From Cenococcum geophilum (Eukaryota), in NCBI GenBank assembly GCA_050273025.1, contig CP158635.1, positions 3,286,001 to 3,350,000 on the forward strand: a stretch of DNA of 64,000 nucleotides, in the 5' to 3' direction. How positions within the stretch are numbered: position 1 is the stretch's first letter; each line of letters opens with the position of its first letter. Shown here in pieces: positions 12,980 through 25,822 of this stretch. The notes below the pieces were generated by a model, which was not told the origin of the DNA, made no database searches, and saw nothing but the letters and a program-made list of their open reading frames with translations. The position numbers and the translations under genes are program-made.

Positions 12980-15900
12980 TGTCACAGTGCTGCAATGAAG
13001 TAGACTGAATAACTACGTTGTGGTATAAAGAGGAGAAGAAGGTAGAAAGGGGGTATTGTATATAAATAGTAGGGCCAGCCGCCAAGTCGCTAGTGGTGGG
13101 CTAGCTAATAGTAGGGAATAGTATAAGACAGTATGAAACAGTATACGTTAGGTTAGTGCCATGACAGTACTCCTCTCCCCTAGACGGTTTGGTCCCTAAA
13201 CTAAATAGATAACTTAAAAATAGGCAGTGTACGGGGTTGCCTATTTTCTACTATAAAGATATTAGTTCCGCTTACCGCCCTTAACTAAGCCAATGGCGAT
13301 TTTTCATACCGGGCATAGAAAATTCTAATTAGTTAGTTTAGTAAGTAAGGTCGGCAGAACTCCATACCGCCACCCAAATCAGTCCGTATAGCGTTTCTTG
13401 GCGAGAATTTGGCCAATTAGACAACTTTAACCGCCGGTTGAAGTTCTATAACATCTTAACCACTATAAATTTTAATGCGGTAATCGGCCGCAACCTTAGC
13501 GTGACTTTTCCTTATCTTATGCCCAGTCTAGGGGTCCTAGCTTCTCAGGGTATTACTTATAAAAGCGCTATACAGCTTATTTATAACCCTTTAGGTCTTC
13601 CTCTAGCTGCCAGGTTATATCCTTATAATATTTCCATTTAATCTTATAAGTTAGGCCCTAGGGGTCTTTGTCATATACATTAAGGATTTTCTTAAACTCC
13701 TATTTGTCTTCTATATTGCCGTTATTATCTCTCTCTACTACTCGTCCTTATACATTACGGCGCTCTACGGTATTAATATTTGCTTAGCTAGGGATCTCTT
13801 TAGCAGCCTAGAGGCGGACCTTAGATATATAAAAGGATTTATTTACTTAGATATAGTCCGGGAGGTCTACTATAACTACCTCTTAGTATACTGCGAGTAC
13901 GGGGTACAGGCCGTCCCATTTATTGTCCTATTTCTTCTTAGGTCTATTTATCTTTATATTTTTTAAGCTAACCATAACTATATTACCTTCGTAAAATAAC
14001 GCGCTCTTATCCCTACAGGTATTAGCATTATCTTTATAGCGTTACTATAAAATCCGGGCTAGGGCCTTAAGCTATATTAATATCCGCTTAAAGCGGTTGG
14101 CTATAGAGTCTGCGCAGAAGAACTCCTTCTTTGCTTATACTAATAGTATTAATAGGTGGGGGCTAGTAGGCTTAATTCCAAGGCAAGGGTTAAAGCTATA
14201 GTTTGTAAAAAAACAGGGAGATGCCTGTGCTCTTATTGACTTGGTTATTTATAGCAAACTTAGTAAGCGGCAGGTAGTTAACCTAGTCATCCTATATAAA
14301 GCTAATAAAAGCACAAAGGTATTTATTTATGGCGGCGTTAATAATTTTAGTTTAGCCGTCCGTTTCTAGGTGCTAGGCTAAGCTTAGTTACAAGGTTGTC
14401 TTAAGGCGTTTACTTAGTTATTGCCAGAAGTCGCTAATAAATTATATACCGCGATTAGAGATAATCGTGCTTAGTATACTATAGAGCTTATATATATTAT
14501 TAACAAAGCTATTAACTAACTCCTCTATTAAGAGTCCTGTTACTAGAACGAGGTGTTACATTTTAGTTAGGCGGTCTATAATAACAAGGATATATTTATA
14601 TGCCTTGCCGTGGCGTTAGTATACTAGTAGTATTATAATATAGTTAATTAAGATATCGGTTTACGGGTAGGTGGGTAATTCTAGTAGCTTTAGGAAACCA
14701 GGTGGGGCAGAACGGGGGGTCTTAGTGCGAAAGTATAGGGTATAGTCTTTAATAAAGGTAGCCGTAAACTGGGAGATTCCTAGCCACCAGTATATTTAGT
14801 TTAAGAGATTAAGAGTCTTAACCCGGCCAGGGTAACTAGCAGGGCCGCTACTATAAGAGTAATAGGTAACTTCTAGGCGGAGGTCTAGGGCGTTAGGGAC
14901 AAAGAGATATTAGCGGAAGTAGATCTGTCTATCAACAATACTATATTCTAACTTATTATAACAAAGTAATTTCCTAATTTTCTTTAGCTAACGGCGAGCT
15001 TTCCAATTATATAGGGCTGCTACTATATCTCTTACAAGTTCGTTCTCCTAGTATCCTAGCCAAATTAACTTGTCTAGTGACTTTTCAGCTATTTTAGGGT
15101 CTAGAGCGGCTATAAACTTCGCGTCATTAGAGTTACAGAACTTATATAGTAATTCTTCTAAGATTATAGGGTTAACTTTCTAGGGCGGTATAATGACTTG
15201 GGCTTAGTGGCGGAGGTGTTCATTATTAGTGTCCTTAGGCCTTATTCCTAGTAGCCAGCTTAGGGCGTTAGGGAGCGTGGCTTTGCTGCTAGGTCTATAT
15301 ATAATTATAAAGTTAAACTATAAAAGGAACTCTACCCACTAAACTTAGCACTAGTTTAGCTGCTTAGTAGTTATAAACGTCTATAGGTTTTTATAGTTGG
15401 TAATAATTTTAAACAGCTCCTCAGTCCCTTATAGCTTAGGACGCCATTCCTCTAAAGCCTTAATAATAGCTAGGAGTTCTTTATTATAGATCTTATAGTT
15501 ATATTTTAGCGCGGAGTACTTTGCGGAGAAAAATGCGACCGGTCTTAATTTTCCGTTATTATTATACTGGGAAAGGACTCCGCCGGAAGCCCAATTTAAT
15601 ACGTCTATCTTTACCACTATTTTCTTTATATAGTTATAGTATGCTAGTACTAGTGCTAAAGTAAAGGCTCCCTTAAGGGCCTTAAACGATTTAGCTTATT
15701 CTAGTCCCTATAGCCATCCGATATCCTTCTTTAGAAGTTTTATTATAAGTATAGCAATAGCAGAGTAGCCTTAGATAAATTATTAGTAGAAGTTTATAAA
15801 GCCAAGAAATTGTTATAGTTCTTTAATTAATATTAGGTCCTTCTATTCCTATAAGGCCTATATCTTCTTAGGGTCTATAGGTATGCTATTAGTTAAGATA

Positions 15901-18900
15901 ATTAAGCTAAGGTATTTTATTTTAGTAGAGTAGAACTTAGACTTATTAATATTAATCTAAAGTCTAGTATTGCTGAGTCTTTAGATAACTTCATTTATAT
16001 ACTTAGTATACTTAGCGCGTGTTTTAGAAAAGATAAGGATGTTATTAAGGTAGGCAGTATAGTAGTTGTTAAGGGCGTTATATAGAATATGGTTAATATA
16101 GTTCTAAAATATAGCGGGTGCGTTATAGAGGCTAAATAGTATAACTAGTATCTTATAGAGTCCGAACCGGGTAATAAATACTATAAGCTATTTATAGCCC
16201 TCTGTAATCCGGATCTGGTTAAACATAGTAATTATATTAAGTTTAGTAAAGTACTTAGTGCTATAAAGTGCGTTAAGTGTCTCGCGGATTAGTAGTAGTA
16301 GGTATTAATTCTTAATAGTAACTATATTTAGGCCTCGGTAGTTATAGTAGATTTATACACCGCCGCCAGGCTTAGCAGCGAGAAGGAGTGGTGCGGCAGC
16401 TAGTAAGGTTAATTTACAGATAAAACCCTTATCCAGCATCTTATTAATCCACTTCTTTACACACCTAAATTTAGTAGGTAAGAGTGGTCTATTTTTATAG
16501 TACGGGGCCTAGTTTCCAGGGGTAATCTTAATTTTATAGTCCCATAGTTAGTAAGGGGGCAGCTTATCTATATTCTTAGGGAGGAAGTGCTTAATATATT
16601 TACTAAACTCCTTTAGTAGGCGTTATAGAATATCTTCGCGGGTTAATCCTGGTTTGCCTTTTAGGAATTTTTTAATATTGGTGTTAACTATCTTCCGACA
16701 TAAAAGCTCGGGTTTAGTTTTTAGATTTATCTTAAGGAAGTCATAAAAATAGGGGGGGAGCGCTTTACGGGCTTCCTTTATTATATAGTCGCCTTTCACT
16801 AGCCAGCGGAAAGACCTTTTTAATAGGTTCGGTACTTCTATTAGGCCTATAGGCAGCTCTTTAAGCAGCTATCAGTACTTATCTTATTTAACTAGTTCTA
16901 CTAACTCCGCTATATAGATCCTTATTACCTTTACGTCTTTTTATTTATAGAACTGGGTAAAATTAATAGCACAGGTGTATTTAATATTGTCTAGGTTAGG
17001 GCGTATCTAGCTCTCTAGTGCTACAGCTGGGCTAATATAGCTTAGTTAGCCTAGGGGGGCAAAAACAAGGCGGCGGCTCTGTACGGTACGCGTAGGAGAC
17101 AGGTATAAGGTTAGGCGTTACGGTGGCGCGGTTTCTATCATTTAGGTCTTAGTAGTTCTATAGCTAGTCCTTACTATAACGCGAGCTGTAGTGTGTATAT
17201 ATGGTATATAGCTTAGTTTTAGGTATTAGGCTAGGCGGCCAAGGTTTAAATAGTGCCTAGGTTAGGGTTAGTTTTTTAGTAGTGGCGGTATAAAGCGGAC
17301 CTTCTTCCTTAGTCTCGGCAGGGCTAGCTAGCCTATTATTTTGGTCTTAAGTACTAGGTTAGTCCAGTCTTCTACTATCTTATTTCTTTACAGCTATACG
17401 GGCTCCCCTTTATTAGGAACGTCTTTTACTATTAGGGCTTTATATATAGTCCTAGGCACTAGGCTTAGTAGTGCTAAGTGTCTATATAGGGCGTCCCTGC
17501 TAACGTCGGCTATCCCCCACAGGAGGTAGTGCCTAGAGTAGTAGTCTAAGTTAAAGCGGATCTTGAGTTTCCTAAAGCTAGGACGGGGCTCGTGCTTTTA
17601 AAGCTAGGGTATACCTAGGATAATTAGGGTAGCGGGCGAGAGTTTAGTAATAAAAAAGAGTATGGCTTTAGTATAGAGGCCGATTGATATTTAGGTGGTA
17701 AAGTAGTCCATAATAAGCGAAGTTAGGATACTATCTGCGAGGCATAGTAGCCTAGGTGCCAGCAGCTTCTTAGTTATAACATTATACTTTTTTATAATAG
17801 ACTCTGCGTCGGTAAATGCTATTACAGTACTACCGGAGTCTACTAGGCTTACTATATTAATATAAACTTGGGGGTATAGGTTACGTAATAAGGAGAGTTA
17901 GGTTTAAATAAGGATTAATTTCTTATTACTGTTTGCTAATCTAAGATTAAATAGCAGTTTACTAATAGAAAGAACTAATTAATCTAGTAATAGGGACCTA
18001 ATCTTCTTATCTTCCTCCTTATATAGTTTAGACCCTTAGGCGTAACTTAGTCTAAAGGTTTACCTTTTAATAACTAGGGTACGGGGCTGTTTTGGCAAGG
18101 CGGTCTAGTATCTATCTAGCTAGCGGTGTCTGTCTCTGTTTTAGTTAGGGTATAGGAAGACAATACCTTACCAACGACGTAGCCGTGTTCGTATTCGCTA
18201 GCGCGAAGTCGCTAATACTAGGCGTTGTTAACGGGTTGGGCTCCTATATAGGGTATAGTTTAGAGTAACTAAGCCGTAGGGTTAAAGGGGGGGGGTTATC
18301 CGCTGCGGCTATAATAGGCTCCGCGGTTGCCGTGTCTATAATAGACTCTACGGTCGCCGCGTCCGCGGTTATTTATTTGCGTTGTTTAATAGGGTGGCAT
18401 TAGGACTAGGTTTGCTATCTTAGCGGGGTTATAGGCATCCTTCTAGTGGCTAGGCAGGCTATAGGTAAGGCATAGTCTATTATTAACGCGGCGCTTACGC
18501 TCCGTGTTTAAGATTCTATTAAGGTCTATAGGTTCTTTAGTTACTACTAGGGTTAGGGTTAATATAGGGGCAGGGGCTTAGGTAGGTAGGCGGTAGTTAG
18601 TGTTCTTCTTAAGGTTAGCTTGGTGTGTATAGTTTATAAGGTTTTTAGTAAACATATCTATCTGCTTACTCTAACCTATATAGTTACTATTATTAATTTT
18701 ATAGGCTAGTCCAAGTACCAGCTCTTCTATCTTTAGAGAGATGAACTTTTAAAGTAGGTCTACCTTCTATTTATCTGTCTTTTTAGCGCAGATTATTAGC
18801 TTATTAAGCTCTCCCTTCTAGAACTAGTAATTACGCTCGCCTTAAGAGAAATAGTTAAGCTTATTCTTTATAACCTAGGTTATATTAAGGACCTCATAAT

Positions 18901-19895
18901 AGGCAGTAAGGTCTTTAAGCATATCTTCCTTAGTAGGCCATTTCCACGCAGATATATTGTTTAGGTTCTTATATATAAGCTCTAGGCCCTACTTAATAAA
19001 CTTATAGACCTTATCCTTTAGCATGTCCGAGATATAAAGGATCTAGGACTAAACTATGTTAAAGTAGTCCTAGTCCCGGTTAAAGACTCCCTTAATCTTA
19101 ATATACTAGGTCTTAAAATTAGCTTATCGTTCTAGCAGGGTGCCTTTTCCGCTAAATATTAGCGGGTCTTTAGATCTCCGTTTTTTCTTCTAGGTTACTA
19201 CCGTTATTATAGGGGTTAATTATTTTAGAACGGTAATAGTCTCTACCTAGGAGTTAATAGTTCCTATCTAGGAAGTAATAAGGGTACTAAGGTTTTTATT
19301 AGCTTTTTTATTGGTAGTATTTATGTTATATATGCACTATAGTCCTACTTTAATGTTGTTAAGGAACTTATTAGTATAGTTAATAAGAGTAAGGTAAGCT
19401 TTGCTAGGCTTAAAGGTCTTAGGGTATAGTAGGGAGCGGCGGATTATCTACGCAATATTAGGGTATATCTTTATAAATAGGTCTACAAAAACGTTATAGG
19501 GGTTCTAGGTTTCGGCTATTTTGGCGTCATTAGTGTCGCCTATCTAAGCGCTAGGTAAAAACTAAGGATTATTTTAGAACTATGCTAGGGATATATTAGT
19601 TTTAGCAGAGGCGCGCACAGGTTGCGATTGCTCTAGGGTAAAGGTTAATTAGCTAGGGTATAGGGAATTAGTAATCACAATAGGGCGTAAATTAAAGATA
19701 CCATAAACTGTTACAGTGCTGTAATAAAGTAGACTAAATAACTACGTTATAGTATAAAGAGGGGAAGAAGGTAGAAAGGGGGTATTGTATATAAATAGTA
19801 GGGCCGGCCGCTAAGTCGCTAGTAGTAGGCCAGCCAATAATAGGGAATAGTACGAGATAGTATAAAACAGTATGCGTTAGGTCAGTGCCGTGACA
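12980..19895 (-). mobile_element. Ty3/Gypsy chromovirus-type element B (RIP-mutated), inserted in the RT of element A
   Basis: 187-bp LTRs 12980-13166 and 19709-19895 (TG..CA); TSD aaaag; PPT ggggagaggagtac on -; RNase H remnant (GGVLSQ...LRPVAFFS...YNKELLAIIKALEEWRP, 15429-15617); chromodomain remnant ~13530-13730. Confidence 0.94.
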
Positions 19896-20477
19896 AAAAG
19901 CATATTAATAATGTATTAGGAGAACACTTAGATGAATTTATTATAGTATATCTTAATAATATTATTATCTACTTAATAATTAAGGAAGAGCACAGAGAAT
20001 ATATTAAATAGGTCTTAAAAAGACTATAAAAAGAATAAATACTAGTAGCAATTAAGAAATACAAGTTCTTTACTAGGAAGACCAATTTTATTAAATTTAT
20101 TATTAAACTAGGCCAACTTAGTATAGATCTAAAAAAGATTAAGGTTATAGTAAATTAGTAAGAACTAGAAAATATTATATAATTAAAATCGTTTCTAGGG
20201 TTTTGCAATTACTGTAGAAGGTTTATAGCGTAATAGTTAAAAAATATTAAACTATTTACGCGATTAATAAAGAAAGAAGAACTATAGGTATAGGGAAAGG
20301 AATAGTAAAAGTTATTTAAAAAGGTTAAAGAGTTGTTTACCTAGGAGCTAGTTCTTAAAATCTATTAACTACGTCAGGAAAAAATTTACCAGCATTTTTG
20401 CAGCATTTGGCAGCATTTGGCGGCCAAATGCGCATTCCGCGCACTACAACGTGTAGCGTATGGTATCGACTAAGGTG

Positions 20478-20785
20478 CGGCATACTGCCGTATTTAATAA
20501 TGCGGTGCGGCATACTGCTGTATTTAATAATGCGATGCAGCATACTGCCGCATACTGCTATATTCAACAACGCACTGCCGCATACTGCTGTATTCAACAA
20601 CGCAGTGCAGCTAACTGCCGTATTTAACAATGCAGTGCAGCTAATTGCGCATTTTGCACTTAATGCGCAATTAATATATAATGCCCTCCTCGTTCATTCT
20701 GTACATAATGCCTTCCTCGTGCATTCTGTACATAATGCCTTCCTCGTGCATTCTGTACATAATGCCCTCCTCGCGCATTCTATAT
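20478..20785 (+). repeat. 30-bp and 27-bp minisatellite arrays
   Basis: Degenerate gcatactgccgtatttaataatgcggtgcg units followed by cattctgtacataatgccttcctcgtg units. Confidence 0.8.
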
Positions 20786-20885
20786 ATCTTGCTCTTCCTA
20801 CGCACTTAATAGTATTTGCTTGGTTTATATAGTTGGTGCAAAATTATATTATTTTAGATAATTTAATATATAGCGACGGTGCTCT

Positions 20886-20997
20886 TCTACCTGCCTACCT
20901 ACCGACCTACCTGCCTGCCTGCCTACCTGCCTGCCTGCCTGCCTACCTGCCTGCCTGCCTACCTACCTACCTACCTGCCTACCTGCCTGCCTGCTTG

Positions 20998-21028
<31 letters not shown>

Positions 21029-21150
21029 ATCTACCTACCTACCTACCTACCTACCTGCCTACCCGCCTGCCTGCCTGCCTGCTTGCCTACCCGTCCGCCC
21101 GTCTGTCTGTCTATCTGTCTGTCTGTCTATCTGTCTGTCTGTCTGTCTAT
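20886..21150 (+). repeat. (CCTG/CCTA)n then (CTGT)n tetranucleotide microsatellite
   Basis: Directly visible. Confidence 0.95.
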
Positions 21151-21259
21151 ACCCACCCATCTGTGCCTACCTATCTATGCCTACCCGTCTATGTTACCTT
21201 AATTCGATCGATCGATCGAATCGTTTATCGTGTTCGCTGGCTGGTCGTTCGAACGGTTG

Positions 21260-21460
21260 TCGTGTGGCTCTGGCGACGGTCGTGTGGCGATGACGACGGT
21301 CGTCTAGCTCTGGCGACGGTCGTCTGGCTCTGACGGTCGTCCAGCTCTGGCGACGGTCATCTGGCTCCGGCGACGGTCGTCTAGCTCTGACGACGGTCGT
21401 CTGGCTCTGACGACGGTCGTCTGGCTCTGACGGTCGTCTAGCTCCGGCGACGGTCGTCTG
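21260..21460 (+). repeat. 17-20-bp minisatellite (ctggctctg[gc]gacggtcgt)
   Basis: About ten degenerate copies visible. Confidence 0.85.
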
Positions 21461-21599
21461 CTGGCTGTCGTTCTGGTGTCTTCCTAGGTAGGGAGGATGT
21501 AAGGAAGGGTAAAAAATGAGGTGGCTACCTAGGTGTATATAGGGGGTATACTTGGCAGAGGCACGTGTAGAGGCTATCGGGAATATAGCGGGGACCCGA

Positions 21600-22090
21600 T
21601 GCGGAGCTTCGTGTAAAGCCTCCGTACGCAGAGCTTCGCGCAGAGCCTTGTGCAGAGCCTCTGTACGCAGAGCTTTATGTAGAGCCTTGTGTAGAGCTTT
21701 GTGCAGAGCTTCGCGTAGAGCTTCGTGCAGAGCTTCGTGTAGAGCTTCGTGCAGAGCTTCGTGTAGAGCTTCGTGCAGAGCTTCGTGTAGAGCTTCGTGC
21801 AGAGCTTCGTGCAGAGCTTCGTGCAGAACTTCGTGTAGAACTTCGTGCAGAGCTTCGTGCAGAGCTTCGTGCAGAACTTCGTGTAGAACTTCGTGCAGAG
21901 CTTCGTGCAGAGCTTCGTGCAGAGCTTCGTGTAGAACTTCGTGCAGAGCTTCGTGCAGAGCTTCGTGTAGAACTTCGTGCAGAGCTTCGTGCAGAGCTTC
22001 GTGCAGAACTTCGTGTAGAACTTCGTGTAGAACTTCGTGCAGAGCTTCGTGTAGAGCTTTGTGCAGAACTTCGTGCAGAGCTTCGTACAG
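21600..22090 (+). repeat. 12-bp minisatellite gYagaRcttcgt, about 40 copies
   Basis: Directly visible; the same unit recurs at ~61147-61200. Confidence 0.95.
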
Positions 22091-24249
22091 CATTTAATTT
22101 TACTTTTCTGCCATTTTAGCATTTTCTAGCATTTAGCAGCTAAATGCTAATACTTAATTATAAATGCAGCTAAATGCTAGTACTTAGTAATAAATGCCGC
22201 ATTTAGCTGCTAAATGCTAGAAAATGCTAAAATGGCAGAAAAGTAAAATCAGATGCTGGTAAATTTTTTCCTGACGTAGAACTAGAGACGGTTATAGAAA
22301 CAAATATATTAGACTTTATGCTAGGGGCATACTTTATATAGAAACATTAAGATAGATAGCACCTAATAGTATACTATAGTCGAAAGATAACACTATTAAA
22401 GTTAAACTATAACATCTATAACAAGGAGTTATTAGTTATAGTTATAGCGTTAAAGGAATAAAGAGTATTCTTATAAGGTACAGAAAAACTATTTATAGTT
22501 AAAACGGATTATAAAAACCTAATAGGATTCCTAATAATAAAGGAGCTTAACCAAAGATAGGTTAGATAGGTAGAGATACTTATAGAATACTATTTTAAGA
22601 TTTAGTACACTAAGGGTACAGATAATATATAAGCAGATGCTCTAAGCCGAAAAGCTAAACTATAAAATAACGAAAAGCTATTAGGGGCTTTACTGTAAAA
22701 AGACACAGATGGATTAATTAGGTATAATTATCCAAAAATTATAATAACTTAAGAGGAACTAAACAGAGTTTATAAGTTACTAGAAAGCTTTTAGGTATAA
22801 AAGATCTTTAAGGTATAGCTAGAAGAATAGTTAGAATATCTAGGAGAAGAAATACTATATAAACATAGAGAGGTAAAGTATATCCTAAATAGTATAGCAA
22901 AACACTTTATGGAAGATTTCTATAAGGGATTAATTTAAGGATATAACGGAGCCATAGGCTTAGTGTTAAGACTTTAAGAGGAGTATATTATTAATGGAAT
23001 CTAGAGCTTAACGCGGAAAGTTACTAAGGAATATCTAGATTGCTAAAGAAATAAACTAATAAGACATAAGCCATATAGAGGGCTATAACCTATTAAAATA
23101 CCAGAGAGACTATAGGAGGTTATATTATAGAACTTTATTATTAAGTTACTAAAGTTAAAAAACCCTATTACCAGATAAGATTATAACGCGATCTTAGTAA
23201 TAGTAAATAAGCTTATAAAGTAGGGATACTTTATAGTATATATAGAAGAAATATCAGCAGAAGATATCGCTAGAATCTATATTAAGGAAGTGTTTATAAG
23301 ATATAGAGTACTAAGTAAAATTATATCGGATAGAGATCTAAGATTCATAGTAGTATTTTAGGAAGTATTCTTAGTGGAGTAAGGAGTTAGAGTAGTAACT
23401 TCTACTATATATTATCCGCAGACAGACGGTTAAATAGAAAGACTAAATTAAATACTAGAGCAGTATCTAAGATACTATATTAATTACGCACAGAATAATT
23501 AGGTATTATTATTACTAGTTATATAGTTTATATATAACGCAATACCACAAGAAAAAATAGACATATTACTATTTAAGGCAAATTATAGATATAAGCTAAG
23601 AATATCATTATTACTACGGCAAGTAAAGAAAATAAGTAGTATAGTTAAAGAAAGAATAAAGATACTAATAAATCTTTATATAGACCTTATAGAATTAATA
23701 AAGAAAGTATAGGAAAGAATAAAAAAGTACTATAATGCTAAGAGATCTAAGGGACTAGATCTTAAGGAGGGAGATAAAGTATAGCTACTATATAAAAATT
23801 TTAAGAGTTAACAACTAAGTAAGAAGTTAAACTATATTAGACTAGGACCTTTTAAAATTAAGTAAAAGATTTTACTAGTTACGTTTAAATTAAACCTACT
23901 AGCTAAAATAAAAATCTACCCTATATAGTATATCGCGATACTAAAACTAGTATATAGGAATATTAAGCCACCGGTTTATAAAGCAGACACGTATAAAGGT
24001 TAAAAAGAGGATAAATAGTAAGTTTTAAAGATTATTAGCTATAAGGATATTAATAATAAAATATAGTATAAGATAAAGTAAATAGGCTATAATAAGACTA
24101 CCTAGAAACTACTAGAGAACCTAAAAAACGCTATAGGAAAGGTATAGAAGTATTAGAAGAGATTAGGTTAGGTAATATTAATAAAAAAGGATCGCAAAAA
24201 AATAAGTCACCTAAGGGGGACTTAAGAAGAGTGGTTACTAAACTACTTA

Positions 24250-24803
24250 GATCTATTTCCTTCTTAGTTAAAAAAGAGTCCGTTTTTTTATTACTAAGTT
24301 TCTATAAACCCTATTTTATAAGCTTCTACTCCTTAAAATAAACCTTTTTATAAACCTTTTTAAGACGGATTGGTTAAGTAGACGCCGCAAGATAAGACTT
24401 AAGAGCCTATTACTAAGTATTAGCAACCTCCTATTTTACGTTATAAGAACGGCGTAACTCTACTAGAGTAATAGATAGTTTATTATCTAGCTGTGTAGCA
24501 GCAGATTAAATATAAAACCCTAAGATAAATTAATTAGGGAACTAGACGACTATTAAAAATAATAAGTTATATATATTTAGCATTAGAAATAGAGCGAATA
24601 TTATAGGATAAATAAATATTTACTTTAATGCACTTTAAATAAAAGGACGGTTATTATAAAGATGGGTTCGCCAACGTAATATAAACTAACCCTTCTTTTA
24701 AATAGCAAGAATATAGAGATAGTATAATCTCACTAAGAGACAATATCGCAGCAATAGTGCAAACACGACGAGCGGTTAAAGAAAAAGGAATTATTTTAGG
24801 TAT
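24250..24803 (-). pseudogene. Antisense accessory ORF of Gypsy A with a putative six-cysteine Zn-cluster-like motif
   Basis: Reads ..AILSLSEIILSLYSCYLKEGLVYITLANPSL**PSFYLKCIKVNIYLSYNIRS; reversing RIP changes (TAT>TGT etc.) gives C-x2-C-x6-C-x13-C-x2-C-x8-C. Confidence 0.55.
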
Positions 24804-25822
24804 AATAAGTAACGATATTAACTAAATTAATTAGACGGATATTACACCTCTAGTAAACAACTTAGAGATATTAGGGATCTTTAAGGACGAAGATAAAGAG
24901 GAGGGAGATAATGTTATAGACGCTTTAAGTACAATATTATGACTACTTAGAGAAGAGTTAAAAGAAGCTAGTTAGTTAATTTAGGTATAGTCTAGGATAG
25001 AACTAATAGAGCTATATAACGAGGAATAGTAACTAAGGTCACGTAATATAATCTATATAATATATAGGATCTATATAATCCGTAACAAAGCAGATAGAGT
25101 ATACGTATATTATGTATAAGAAGAATTTTATAGAAGTACGGTTGTGTATTTAAGGACCCTTAGTCCCTACCTAAATAGTTCCTTCCTTATAGTAATTCTT
25201 AAAATATAATTAGAGTTAATTTATTAGGCAACCACTCTACTAGTTATTATTACGTTGTTAACTTTAATTTACATTACCTATACACCTAGCCTAATAACAA
25301 GCCTATTGTAATACTTGCTATAAGGTTCCGTTATAAGATCTATTAAAACGTAGAATTTTACTTAACTTTCTCTTTCTTTTAGAGATAATTTACTACTATA
25401 CGGCAAAGCATATTATTTAAAGTAGCGTTATTACAAATAATAGAACTAAGCTTTTATATAATTCTATAGTCTTAAAGCACTAAAAAAAGAGTAGTAAATT
25501 GCTCTTCTCTATTATAGTTTACTACTGTATAAAGGGTAAGGAGTGCTTTAATAAGCTTCTCCTAGTATCGGTTAATAAAGTGCGCGTAAATCCTAAGAAG
25601 AAGAAGCTAGTTTAAAGAGGTCTAAATATTAAGCAAAATATATATACTTAATAATGCTAATTAATGCTTCTTTCATACAATATCTTTTTAGAATTACTAT
25701 AATTTCTTAATCTTCTTTATAACCTTAGAGTGTGCTATAATAATCTAGCCTTCTACTTCTAGATTTAGAACTTTTTAAAAAACTTAGGTATTAAGCTATT
25801 ATGTTTAACCTATAGATATTAC

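Larger units (their letters stand above)
20372..22276. mobile_element. Non-autonomous TIR element with TA TSD (Tc1/mariner-like target), filled with tandem repeats
   Basis: TIR cgtcaggaaaaaatttaccagcat / atgctggtaaattttttcctgacg; TA on both sides; removing it plus one TA restores the Gypsy A pol frame (..LKIY*LELETVIET..). Confidence 0.88.
8798..25335 (+). mobile_element. Ty3/Gypsy chromovirus-type element A (RIP-mutated), containing two nested elements
   Basis: 424-bp LTRs 8798-9221 and 24912-25335; TSD agatc; degenerate gag with CCHC (~9290-10330), protease (~12060), RT (~12540-12979, 19901-20370), RNase H (~22280-22660), integrase (~22900-23600), chromodomain (~24000-24160); purine tract before the 3' LTR. 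Confidence 0.93.

Noticed and set aside
20833..21333. PACL/PTYL repeat ORFs
   Set aside because: Tetranucleotide microsatellite artefact.
21260..22090. CRISPR-like array
   Set aside because: Tandem repeats without unique spacers, in eukaryotic DNA with no cas genes.
21194..22122. Long ORFs of HEAL / CRAS / CTKL repeats
   Set aside because: Translations of the 12-bp minisatellite, open in several frames on both strands inside a TIR element.
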